A stretch of 64,000 nucleotides of DNA from Mytilus edulis (taxonomy: Eukaryota), in assembly GCF_963676685.1 (NCBI RefSeq), contig NC_092353.1, positions 26,683,690 to 26,747,689 of the forward strand. The letters run 5' to 3'. Positions 49,060-59,785 of the stretch are shown here, piece by piece. A program made the translations under genes and the position numbers. The first letter of the stretch is position 1. The number at the start of each line of letters is the position of its first letter. The notes beneath the pieces are model-generated. The model ran no database searches. It had not been told where the DNA came from and saw only the letters and a list, made by a program, of their open reading frames with translations.

Positions 49060-50200
49060 TGCAATGAAAACATTTTGTAATATGAATTGATATCAGCATG
49101 TAGAATGAGTTGCGATGACAAAGGCAGTTCTGCCAAAATTCAAAAACTAAAAGGGGGCGTATTAAAAACAAAATGACAGGAACATCTAATGCTCATGCAC
49201 ACCTTTAAATTAGGATCTAACAATGGAGTCGTATAATGAAGATACGTTTAACTATGTTTGATGAGTTGTGATAAAAAGGTCGGCTCTATCAAAACTTTCC
49301 TATTTCAAAACGGCATAACAAAAAACCAACATCATTGAACGGGAACATCCCTCCCACATCCAAATATGATGATACGAGAACTCATGTAAGATGAGTTGAA
49401 ATGAGAAGGTCAGTTCTGTTTAAACTTTCCCAAAGTTCAAAGGGCATAATAAAAAAAAATATAAAAATACCGGAACATCGTACCCAAATGCACATCTGCA
49501 TTTTAGCATCTACCAATGTATAAATTTCAACGCTAATACATTAGATAAACGATATATGAGAAGTTGCGACGGCAAAAAGGTCGGTTTTGCCAATATTTTT
49601 TAATATTCAAGGGGCATAGTTACGAAAAGACTCAAAGGACATGACGTCATTCCAACATGCACATTTGCATATGATGGGTATGACAATGTGGTAGTTATCA
49701 TGAAGTAGTTATCATGATGATACGATAAACCATATATAAGCAGTTGCGATGACAAGGTTGTACCTATCAAACTGTTTCTAGCTCAAAATGGCATAACCAA
49801 AAGGAAACTTTTCAACCGGAACATTCACCCTACATCCACATATGTTGATAGTATTAATTATGTAAGAGGAATTGCGATGAGAGGTCGGTTCTGTTTGAAT
49901 TTCCATGTTCAACGGGCATAATAAGAAAAAAATAGTGTAGGAACTTTTATGCTTATATGATAAACCATGTATAACGAGGTCGGTTATGTCAACATGTTTT
50001 TTGTTCAAAGGGGATAACAATAAAAACGCATTGAACCCGAAACATTCCACCCATATCCATATATGCAGTAGCATCTATCAATGTAGTAAGTTTCATGTAG
50101 ATACGACAAACCATGTAGAAGGAGTTACAATGAAAAGGTTAGTTATATCAACATTTCTTAGTTGAAAGAGGCGTATCTAGCAAAACCTCGAGGGATTTAT
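49060..50200. repeat. Diverged minisatellite (~125-bp unit, ~9 copies) in intron 7 of SLC22 copy 2. Copy 1 intron 7 has a single unit at ~33225-33330.
   Basis: Recurring unit ...GATACGATAAACCATATATAAG.AGTTGCGATGA.AAGGTCGGTTCTG..AAACTTTCC...GGCATAA.AAAAA...CCGGAACATC..CCACATCCA.ATATG... The lone homologous unit in copy 1 reads GCAATGTAGTTTCATGTAGATACGACAAACCATGTAGAAGGAGTAACAATGACACGGTTCG. The units explain ORF 49778-50074(-). Confidence 0.75.
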
Positions 50201-50413
50201 AATCCTTCCAGCACATCTTTAATTCTTTCTTCGCATCTGATTTGTATTTAAATACAATAAAAACACGTCGTTTGAATTATGATAACAAGTTTGTTTTTGA
50301 AAAGGGACAAAAAATCTGCACGCAATATCATAACACGTTTTTTTCATTTTTTATAACCACATATATTCATTTAATCAGTTTTAATTCATCCTATTTTCTT
50401 TTGTCTACTACAG

Positions 50414-50595
50414 CCCTACACTGGTTGACGATAACCTTGTCTTTGATAGGAAACCTCACAATAACAGTGGCATACTTTAATTTTTATCTTATGGTGGCGG
50501 AAAATGTCCCAACTAACCTTCGATCATTTGGGTTTGGAATTGGCAGCTCAGCCGGGTATGCTAGATCAATGGTATCCGCTTATGTTGGTGATTTG
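50414..50595 (+). CDS. SLC22 copy 2 exon 8
   Basis: Peptide (S)LHWLTITLSLIGNLTITVAYFNFYLMVAENVPTNLRSFGFGIGSSAGYARSMVSAYVGDL. Overlaps ORF 50242-50613. Confidence 0.65.
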
Positions 50596-50962
50596 GTAAA
50601 TATTTGTTATTGAGATTATTTCATATTTATTTCCGAATGATGATAAATTTTCATACGAATCACGAAATGTTACCAATATGTATATATAGTTTTTTTTATC
50701 AGAAAATAATTTAGCTTGCGGGGTTCTGTTAATTTTCTGTGAATAACAAAAAAACATAAACACTAGAAGCACGCTATGATAAAGGTAAAATAAGAACATA
50801 CACAATTGTAATAGGAATAGGAATAGGAATAACCTTAGAAAGCAAAAAATAAAATCAGTTAAATAATGATAACATAAGTGAAAGTTGACAAATCTTCATG
50901 TTTCCATTGTAATAATTCAAATGTTAAAATGTTTCAAGTATATTCACTTCATTTATTTGTAG

Positions 50963-51157
50963 GGTGTATTGGTTGTTTGGTGTTGCCTTACCGCTGGTAA
51001 TTTTTGGTGCTTTTGGTATTTGTGCTCGTTTGCACTTCCTGAAACTAAAAATATGCTATTGCCTCAAAGTATACAAGAACCGGAAAAAATTTCGAGGTCG
51101 GTATTTTGTTTAACCTTTGGGGAAATATATATAATTGTTTTATGTTATTTAATGTAA
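50963..51157 (+). CDS. SLC22 copy 2 exon 9, 18 nt shorter than in copy 1, with TM12 recoded between two deletions
   Basis: Peptide GVLVVWCCLTAGNFWCFWYLCSFALPETKNMLLPQSIQEPEKIS then RSVFCLTFGEIYIIVLCYLM*. A donor-like AG|GTCGGTA sits at 51096/51097. Overlaps ORF 50969-51157. Confidence 0.5.
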   Translation, partial: GVLVVWCCLTAGNFWCFWYLCSFALPETKNMLLPQSIQEPEKISRSVFCLTFGEIYIIVLCYLM

Positions 51158-52019
51158 TGTAATTTGATATTTATTTGCGGCTTTGATTATCAAATTATCA
51201 AATTATTTGAAATAGGATGCATTAAAAAAAAAATCTATCAAGAGGATCAAACTCTTATACGGACACCACCACAGGTTGAAATAGGGCATACAAATAAAGT
51301 CAAACATGCACTTCTCTTGATTGATTGTTTATGGTTTGCTTACCGTTCGAACTAAATTGACAAATTGCCTTTGTGTTAATCTTAAATCATCCAATACGAC
51401 AAATAATGACACATTTGTAATTTATTCGATGTTATTTAAGATTGTACTTCCAAATTACAAATTGTAATGATTAAATTTACGTTTCTTTTTGGTGTAAACT
51501 TGAACCGGAAATAAAGGACTGAGACTCTAACAATCTCGACAGTACTTTGTAAGTTTACGCCACCCGAACCTCTGATTGTTTACTGGGATAAGTGTTTATA
51601 GCTAAAGAAATTGATGTATAACGTGATAAATATATTACAATAAAACGTAATGATATGGTTTGATGTAAATAAGAAAACATGTTATCCTAAAATCGTTGAA
51701 GAGATAAACACCTGTCCTCAATGTAATAAACAATGTACATGTACAAGTATTTTACCATATGTCAAGTTTTTAGAAAAAAAACACCAGTTCACACCATGTT
51801 ATAGTAGTAGAGCATTAAATATCTAATAGCTGCACCAAAGGCATTAGACACATTAAATGTTAAAATTTCTTTTTAACGAAAATATCCAATTCATATTCCT
51901 TCGAGGTCACATTTCATTCATCTTTCATAAAACTACAATTTCCTGCTATTTTGTAGAAAACAAATGTACTGTATCATATACCTTTATTTTTTTTTGCAAA
52001 ATTCATTATATAAATGAGA

Positions 52020-52280
52020 AAATGTGTCATGAGTGTCAATGACACAACTCTCCATCCAAGTCACAATGCATAAACCGTTAACAAGTATAGGTCAAAGTAA
52101 GGTCTTCAACACGGAGCCTTGTCTCACACAGAACAGTAAGCTATAAAAGGCCCCGATGATTGGTGAAAAATAATTTATAAAAGAGGGAAACCGACTGTCT
52201 AATGTATATAAAAAGCGAGAAAGGAGAAACATATATGAACCTCACCAACAAACGACCAGCACTGAATAACAAACTCCTGA
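52020..52280 (+). mobile_element. Family A SINE-like copy
   Basis: TGTGTCATGAGTGTCAATGACACAACTCTCCATCCAAGTCACAATGCATAAACCGTTAACAAGTATAGGTCAAAGTAAGGTCTTCAACACGGAGCC...CTGAATAACAAACTCCTGACT. Confidence 0.5.
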
Positions 52281-53889
52281 CTACTTTCACATCATCAAAA
52301 CACCATTTCAAACTAGTGAATCACATTAGAGTTTACTTCTCTGTTAAATAATATGGTAAATTGCTTTTCAAAATTGCGTATCCACTTTTCATGTATCATT
52401 TATAAAACAAGCAAATACGACTTTTTAGCAGATAGTACGAACACGCTATTGTGAAAGCAGCACACTGACATTAATAAACAATAAGATATCTAAACGTTAA
52501 TCTATTTTTTTCAACAAAAGGTGTCTGAACGATGGATTAGCTAACTGACGGGGATAAAAAAAAAATGTATAGACTGACTTTATCGATGACTTTTAGTATC
52601 AATGAACGGTTATTAAGACACAATCATGTAAAGGCAGCAGTTATGTATATTTCTCCCTTTATAGTGAAGCAACCGCACTGAAAAAACTTCAGGTCACATA
52701 TTTTCATGCAATATCAATATCTTTAAGGCGCATCAACAAAAATAAACAGCAAAGAACGACACAAGTTTCAAATGGGATGACTTGGTACAGGAACAAACCA
52801 TAGGGTTTTAACTTTTTGAAATGATTCATCGAGAAACCAATCGAAATGAAGACATATTATACACCATTTACACACCTTTCATGCATTTTAGGAAGTACAC
52901 AAAGAGAAAGAGTCTTGCTCTTAAATTCTAACTGAAATAGAAACCGCTTGATGTTACTTGTGTTGCAGGTTCCTTTTTCATATTATAGAATCAACTAAAT
53001 ATAGTAAACGAAGGTCAAGTTTGAGTTCTCTCTTCCTCTCTCTCTTTCTTTCTTTAAATTGTATGCAAACTTCCGCATACAGATAAATATATAAACTGGC
53101 AAGAATATTAGCATACTTGACTCCTAAAATTAAGAACTGATGGTCAATGAACGACAAATAGTGACCTTATTTCTAGTTCCCGAGTGATATTAGGTAATTC
53201 TGATTCTAAATAGCTTTTACATGCTTACACTAAGAAGTCAAGGTGAGCCAATTTTTTTTACAATTTCTCAAAAAAGACCAACATGCACATTTAAAAGAGA
53301 TTTTTGTATAAACACAACCTACTATACACTGCAAAAAAAAATCAGTATTTCACCCTTCAATTTGAGGTCAATCTTTAAACACTCTTCCCTTAAGATATCT
53401 TTTGTATCCTAAAGAAATGAGTAGGGTCATTAAGAGCAAAAATTAAAACTTCGAAGATAATAAAATTTGTCGCAAATCAAATAAAAGTCCATAAAGTGTC
53501 AATTTCCAAAAATCATATTACTGTTTCCCGAAAATTGGTTTTAGGCGGTCATTGAGTGCAAAACAACTATTAGTTTAAGAAGGTTTGTTTTTGCATAGCA
53601 AATGAAAGTGCATACAAAGTGCAGGACAAATATTCTTTTGATTGTATACCCCTTTCAGCTGATTTACAAATAAATGAAAAACTAATTTTAACTGTTTTTT
53701 TTGTTGTTTGCAGATAAAAAAAAATTAAATAACAAAACGATGAGTTTCGATGAGTTCCTTGATATTAGGTAAAATCAAAACTCAAACACATCAAACAAAC
53801 TGTCATATTCCTGAATTGGTACAGGCATTTGCTTGTTTAGTAAATGGTGGAATAAACCTGATTTGATAACTATTGAATTAAATATGACT

Positions 53890-54345
53890 TGCCTGTTAGT
53901 GTTGCTCTCAACCAATTGCAACTTATTCAAAATTCTGACCAAATTGCAATTTGTTTTATAAAACCAAACTGTTCAACTGGTCAGAAATTTTAACAAGTGC
54001 CACTTTAATGTTGTTGTGACAAATTCAGTCTATCAGTTTGTATTAGTATATTATAGTCATTACCATACTAAAGGTGAAATGTTGTTATTTTGAATTGCTA
54101 TGAAAAATGTCCAAACTAAACTTTCATATAGTGTTTCTTTCGAAAAATCTTCTACATTGTATAGACAAAAATCATTTAGAATTGTAAGTATGTTTTATTT
54201 TATCACCTTGCACTTTCACATTTTGTGTAAACAATTTGTTCAAAATTCTGACCAGTTAAACATTCGTTTAATAAAACAAAATGCAATTTGGTCAGAATTT
54301 TTAATCAGTTGCAAAAGTTGGAGAACAACACTAACAATCAAGTCA
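53890..54345. mobile_element. Foldback/MITE-like element with ~75-bp terminal inverted repeats flanking a ~270-bp core
   Basis: 53893-53960 (TGTTGCTCTCAACCAATTGCAACTTATTCAAAATTCTGACCAAATTGCAATTTGTTTTAT) is the reverse complement of 54275-54345 (...ATAAAACAAAATGCAATTTGGTCAGAATTTTTAATCAGTTGCAAAAGTTGGAGAACAACACTAACAATC). Each arm also contains an internal palindrome around GACCA.TTG...CAA.TGGTC. Confidence 0.6.
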
Positions 54346-54782
54346 CTGTAATAGCTAGCTAACATTCAATTTTATTAACAAGGATGTTTGATAAACAAAC
54401 AGACATAATAGGTTAAAATGTCAAAAGTAGGATTACAGCAGACAGCAGTGTGTTATAATCTTAATCACGGTAAAACATGTTAACAAATATTAAACAAAAG
54501 AGCATTTAGACAAAGCACATTAGCAAACACAATAGAGGATGTAAGCATTCAAATTATAAACCTTGCAAGATGAACAATCATATCGAAAGTATAATTGCCA
54601 TTGTAAATAAACACCTTTATGTTTTGCGTATAAGAAATTCCGACTGTCTCGAAATCATTGAGAAAAACTTTACTAAGTTTGCAATGATGACTGGTAATCC
54701 TGAAATGAAAGGAGAAGTAAATGATCTGATGTTTTATCATACGAATAAAAAAAATCATCTGAGTACCTTATATGTTATCTTG

Positions 54783-54794
54783 CCCCCCCCCCCC
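54783..54794 (+). other. C12 homopolymer
   Basis: TTGCCCCCCCCCCCCAACC. Confidence 0.8.
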
Positions 54795-56284
54795 AACCAT
54801 ATGTACAAAGTGCAACCAACTATTCTCGGAGAAATGAACATGTATCATTGTTCCACTGCGAAGGCTTTCCCTAACTACGGAATCTTTTTATTCCATTCAC
54901 ACTTTGATATGAAATTAGATTGATAAAAATATTCGCAACATCAACTAAATTAAAAAAAACTGTTGGAAAAGAGTAAAGTTGCAACTTATTATCAAGACGG
55001 TACGAAGATATTAAATATTAAATTTAACTCAGTGGCGATGTTTTGCTATATTCTATGAAATTTTCAAAGATGACATTATAATGGCTTTTCCTGACAGTGT
55101 TGGCCAGCTATTGAGGGTGTTCTTTTCATTTTCATTTGTCAAAAATACTCTTCATGAACCATAAACTCTTAATTGACTATCTTATCGATACTACTTGGCT
55201 TTCAAGAAACCATGCTTTTAGTTTTAGCTTCTCATAAATTCATCTTAGTTATCAGAATTAATATTTTGACTCTCGTTTCAGTTCAAAAGACTCATCAGTG
55301 ACAATTGAATCAAATAAGTTGATAGGTGCAAAAAATATACGAACATGAACCTGAATAGTTTTGTGGAGCAATATAACTTTTAAACGAACTAAATGTATTT
55401 CCAAACATGTTCATGATTATAGTAAAAGGTCAAATAGATTTCTTGTACTTTCAAAAAGTGTTATTGATACGGTTATGGTCCAACTTCATCGTCATAAATC
55501 ATTAAAACCTGAGTCATCATCACAGAATATAATTTCTCAATCTTTGATTCTCTCTTTTTTTCTTCTCTTTATTTAGAGTTTGAAGATATCCACTATATTT
55601 GGTCGATTGACATGCATGCTCGTGATAATATCACCACTGGGACACACCCGCGACATCGCGTTTCCGGGACTGAATTAGAGTATCTAATTCTATATCAGCC
55701 TTATTTTTAGCTTAGATTTTTAGAACTAGCACTCGTATTGATATCTGAGAATGTCATGCTAATTGTAAGATGCACGGTTTTCTCTGCTTTCAACATCTTT
55801 CCGTTTGAATCTGTTGATCTGTAAATCATTACTTATTGGTAATATCGATTCTTTGGAATGTTTATTTTCAACTAACAGCATTGTCCTACATTAGTCCGAT
55901 ATAAAGTTGAATTCTTTTATTCACAGTTTTTACGTCATGCCGGTTATAAATTTTATCTACACCTTCAAGTTTGGATTTGTAGTATTCGCAATGTTATCTT
56001 ATAAAGTCATGCTGATTTTGATGAGCTATACGAAATATAATCACATGTGGAGCAAGGAGTTGCTAACCTTTCATGAGGGATTCGATTTGCTCATCCTTTT
56101 TTGCCTATGTCTTGTATTGAGGACTTTAAAAGACAATCGTGATCAGCTGTTGTTTTTAAAAGGACTGATAAACATTTGCAATTATAACTGTCGGACTCGA
56201 AACCGCGTACAAGTCAGACCACCTGTCATACGAGTACACTATGGGGCGATTTCAAAACAACATAAACGTTTATTTTTATAACCA

Positions 56285-56530
56285 TGCTAACCATCCTAAG
56301 TCAGGAATCTGATGTACAGTAGTTGTCGTTTGTTTATGTAATTTATACGTGTTTCTCGTTTTTTATATAGATTAGACCGTTGGTTTTCCCGTATGAATGG
56401 TTTTACACTAGCCAAGGCTCCGTGTTGAAGGCCGTACATTGACCTAAAATGGCTTACTTTTTTAAAATTGTTATTTGGATGGAGAGTTGTCTCATTGGCA
56501 CTCACACCACATCTTCCTATATCTATAAAC
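56285..56530 (+). mobile_element. Family B SINE/MITE-like copy (5'-truncated)
   Basis: AGGAATCTGATGTACAGTAGTTGTCGTTTGTTTATGTAATTTATACGTGTTTCTCG...TTGGATGGAGAGTTGTCTCATTGGCACTCACACCACATCTTCC is ~90% identical to 37690-37965. Confidence 0.6.
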
Positions 56531-57182
56531 GTATCTACCGGAACGAGATCGTTTCTGAGTGTTTGCTTTAAATTAAAACGGAGATTTGATAAAAGTTGGA
56601 GGTGCACGTGGTACTAGTTATCAAATATATTGATAGTACTAATAACTCAAAATAAAGATTCTACCACTGCATCGAGTGTGATACGATATTTATCCACTCG
56701 AGACATTTAAATTTTCAAAGTCAAAACGAGAGGCTCGCCGAGCGTTTTAAATATTTAAAATTTAACTGTCGAGAGTGGATTAATATTGTATTACACGATA
56801 TTTGGTGGTGGAATCTGTTTCTCTAATGAATTTTAAACAATATACAGACAAATTCAATACTTCTTTTCAAATGATGTACAAAAAGATGTGTTCTTTCTAT
56901 GTGACGTCATCAGGCATGGTCGCCTCTTTTCGTGCAGTCACAATAGGAAAATGAGAGAAAAGCAAGAAAATTCGACGTCATAATCGAATTTTGACCAATG
57001 AAGAGCTGAGATCAAACGATCCACACGTTGATTAAACAAACATAATCAACATGTCAGGAAAGGGATAAAAGCTAATGTTATAAGGATATATTTTCACTCG
57101 ATACATTTTAACAAACAAAGGCTGAAGTTTAATTTTTGAATAAGTATTGTTATTCAGTCAATCAAACGAGATATAAAAAAGA

Positions 57183-57440
57183 AGATGTGGTATGATTGCC
57201 AATGAGACAATTATCCACAAAAGACCAAAATGACACAGACATTAACAACTATAGGTCACCGTACGGCCTTCAACAATGAGCAAAGCCCATACCGCATAGT
57301 CAGCTATAATAGACCCCGATAAGACAATGTAAAACAATTCAAACGAGAAAACTAACGGCCTTATTTATGTAAACAAATGAACGAAAAACAAATATGTAAC
57401 ACATAAACAAACGACAACCACTGAATTACAGGCTCCTGAA
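57183..57440 (+). mobile_element. Family A SINE-like copy (3'-truncated), >90% identical to 25606-25865
   Basis: AAGATGTGGTATGATTGCCAATGAGACAATTATCCACAAAAGACCAAAATGACACAGACATTAACAACTATAGGTCACCGTACGGCCTTCAACAATGAGCAAAGCCCATACCGCATAGTCAGCTATAATAGACCCCGATAAGACAATG... Confidence 0.65.
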
Positions 57441-59666
57441 GCCTAACTCTAACTAAATGAGTAGTTCTTTACGCATCTAAAAATCAGCCATATAATGACA
57501 AGATGTTAAACAATTCAAAAAAGTTAAACAATCCAAAAAGAAATGCTGAGCGTGGACGATAAACAGATGGGACCTTTTACCTTCACAACACAAGGAATAT
57601 CATAAGCTTAAGAAAGAAAATATTATATTAAAAATATCTTATTCCAAAAACTTCAGCCCAATTTAGACAAGATTAATAAAGGTAACAGAAGTATACCACT
57701 GTTTTTAAAATAGTCATAAATCGATGTAGCGAAAGCGAATCCGGGTCACAAACCAAAACCGAAACACATTAACTATTAAAGGAAAACAGATGAATAATTG
57801 AAACACTGAACTGCAACAAAATCAAACGCAAACATACATAGTTGTAAACGCCTGCGTAACACTTTAATAGGTTTCTTTTACAAATGAGACTTGGATGGAG
57901 AGTTTTCTCATTGACACTCATACAAAATCATCTAGTTCTACTGAAACGGTAACCTATTCCTGTGGAGGAAAATCAAGAATCAAATTCTCTGAGGAGATCG
58001 AATGAAGAGCTAGACTGAGTTCGTAGACTTGGTAAATGATCCAGCAAAATTCCAAATTTAAAAACTTCTATCTTGACCTGTTTACTATTAAGTGTTTTAT
58101 CTAGAACTGCCGTTCTAAAATATGTATCATAGTATTCATTTTTATCAGCTGTCATTGGTGATGTGATGAACCGACATTCGTGCCTGGTGCTTGTTAGTTG
58201 AATTGATGACGTAACACCAGTTAATGAAGACGTTGTGCAATGAATGAAAGAACATTAGACCATATCTATATAAATCTATGAAAGTTGAAGAACTTTTGAG
58301 GTCTGGAGCTTGCATTCCAGTAACTGCTAGTAAATCCTTTGTTAATTTATTGTGATCATTGTCATTTTGATTCGTTTCTGCTGTTACCTATTTAAATATC
58401 GGACAATTACGTCTTTAAAACTGAGTTCAACTGTGCGTATTGCTGTGTGTTTTTTTTTAAATTTTATATCCATTGACTAGAGGTATTGGGGAGGGTTTTG
58501 ATCTCACAAAACATGTTTAAACCCTCTGCCCTTGTTTGTCTGTCCGAAGTTAGGAACCTATAGTTTTTATGTTTCGGACTTTAGTGGGATTTTCATTTTC
58601 TGGACTAGTAAACATTGTTTGTAAGTGTGACAGTTGAATCCTGCCTCCAGATGTCGGAGTTTTTGCTATGTTGAAGACACATTCCCCTTTTTCATTTACA
58701 CTATTTGTTTGTTTGTACAGTTAGAACAGTTTGTGTTTTTCGAGTAGAGTGTCAAGTATTTGAAGGACGATAAGAATGAGCTAGGAGTGTGCCATGCTAG
58801 AAATTAAAAGAATAAAAAATGATTATATGATGCTTGAAGTTTTATTTCATTTTGTTTTCAACTGGATGTTATCTTCTGCTCTTGCTTTAACTTCTCCTTA
58901 CAAGCCTACAAAATAAAGTTAAAGTGTTTATCTAAAATAGATACAAGAATTTGTATTCATTAATTAAAAATATTAAACCGTAGGATCATATGCCTATTTT
59001 CCATTTTGTTGTTGATTGTTTTACTGTTGGTGATAGATAAATGAAATGAATAACCAATTTTAAATTTGCCTAAAAGAATAAATAGGACCAAGAATTGTTC
59101 AATTTGATTTAGGTTAACCTTGGAAGAATTTGGCTCTGCTCTTTAGATCTTTGTAGATTCTATATCACCTGTACGCGTTTAATCATACCTTGCTTTCAAA
59201 TAGGTTTGATTGTTCTTGATGAAGGTATATTAGGAAAACTTTTAAAAGCATGAACTTTATAAACTGTTATATTCATTTCAGAAATATAAACAAGACAATA
59301 ACAATCAAAACAAAGGACTAAACAAAGACTAAATAAAGACTCACAAAACCAAAGGACATTTACATAAACAGTTATAAATAATAATTAAGAAACAACACGA
59401 ACTCAACTAAAACCCGGGAGTGAAATCAGGTGCTCCTTTGCTATAAAACACTACTGTAAGTTATCGATGTTTGAATTTCGTAAATCAAAAACAAAGGACA
59501 ATACGCGTCAGAAGCCATTCGAGAATTGGTTGAGATCATCATCCTAAACAATACGTTTTACTGTTTGACATGACAAAATAAATAAAAATATATATCGGAT
59601 GTTCCATCATAGATAAACATTAATGGCGCCTTATGAAGACTAATTAACAGCATAATGTTACAATCC

Positions 59667-59785
59667 TTACTTGTTATACTTACATTTATTAGTTTCACAG
59701 ACATAGTTCCTGGAATACGAGCATGAGTAATTTCTCCAGTATCCATAATCATTGTAATACAAGATAACACATCTAGGAGAAGACG
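59667..59785 (-). CDS. CTLD gene terminal exon (C..L...W.D..C....YVCE, with stop)
   Basis: Minus-strand acceptor TTTTTTTCAG|CGTCTTC. Peptide (T)SSPRCVILYYNDYGYWRNYSCSYSRNYVCETNKCKYNK*, with TAA at 59669-59667. Part of it falls in ORF 59558-59770(-). Confidence 0.7.

Larger units (their letters stand above)
40469..51157 (+). pseudogene. SLC22-family gene copy 2, a tandem paralogue of 26325-34217 with all 9 exons collinear. It is probably degenerating or a pseudogene because it carries three lesions and a retroelement insertion in intron 4.
   Basis: Exons at 40469-40611, 41366-41522, 42154-42256, 44489-44643, 46518-46690, 47039-47256, 48459-48685, 50414-50595 and 50963-51096(/51157). Lesions relative to copy 1: (1) the exon 1 donor reads CACAG|ATAAGT instead of CACAG|GTTAGT, and the next GT downstream would include an in-frame TAA. 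(2) Exon 3 is 103 nt instead of 104 (CAG|TTTATATGG vs CAG|TTTGATATGG), a -1 frameshift at codon 2 that gives TAA after 9 codons. (3) Exon 9 has 8-nt and 10-nt deletions, so TM12 is read as VWCCLTAGNFWCFWYLCSFA instead of DTKFGVALPLVIFGAFGICAGLLSFA. Copy 2 is ~85-92% identical to copy 1 in the exons. Confidence 0.55.

Noticed and set aside
49778-50074. A 98-aa minus-strand ORF
   Set aside because: It lies entirely within the diverged 125-bp minisatellite of SLC22 copy 2 intron 7 and is a repeat-derived reading frame.
54570-56281. Plus-strand ORFs of 117 aa and 124 aa in the 54.5-56.3 kb interval
   Set aside because: They have no similarity to any family I recognise and no convincing exon boundaries. 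The second ORF ends where a family B SINE begins. I cannot support them as genes from sequence alone.
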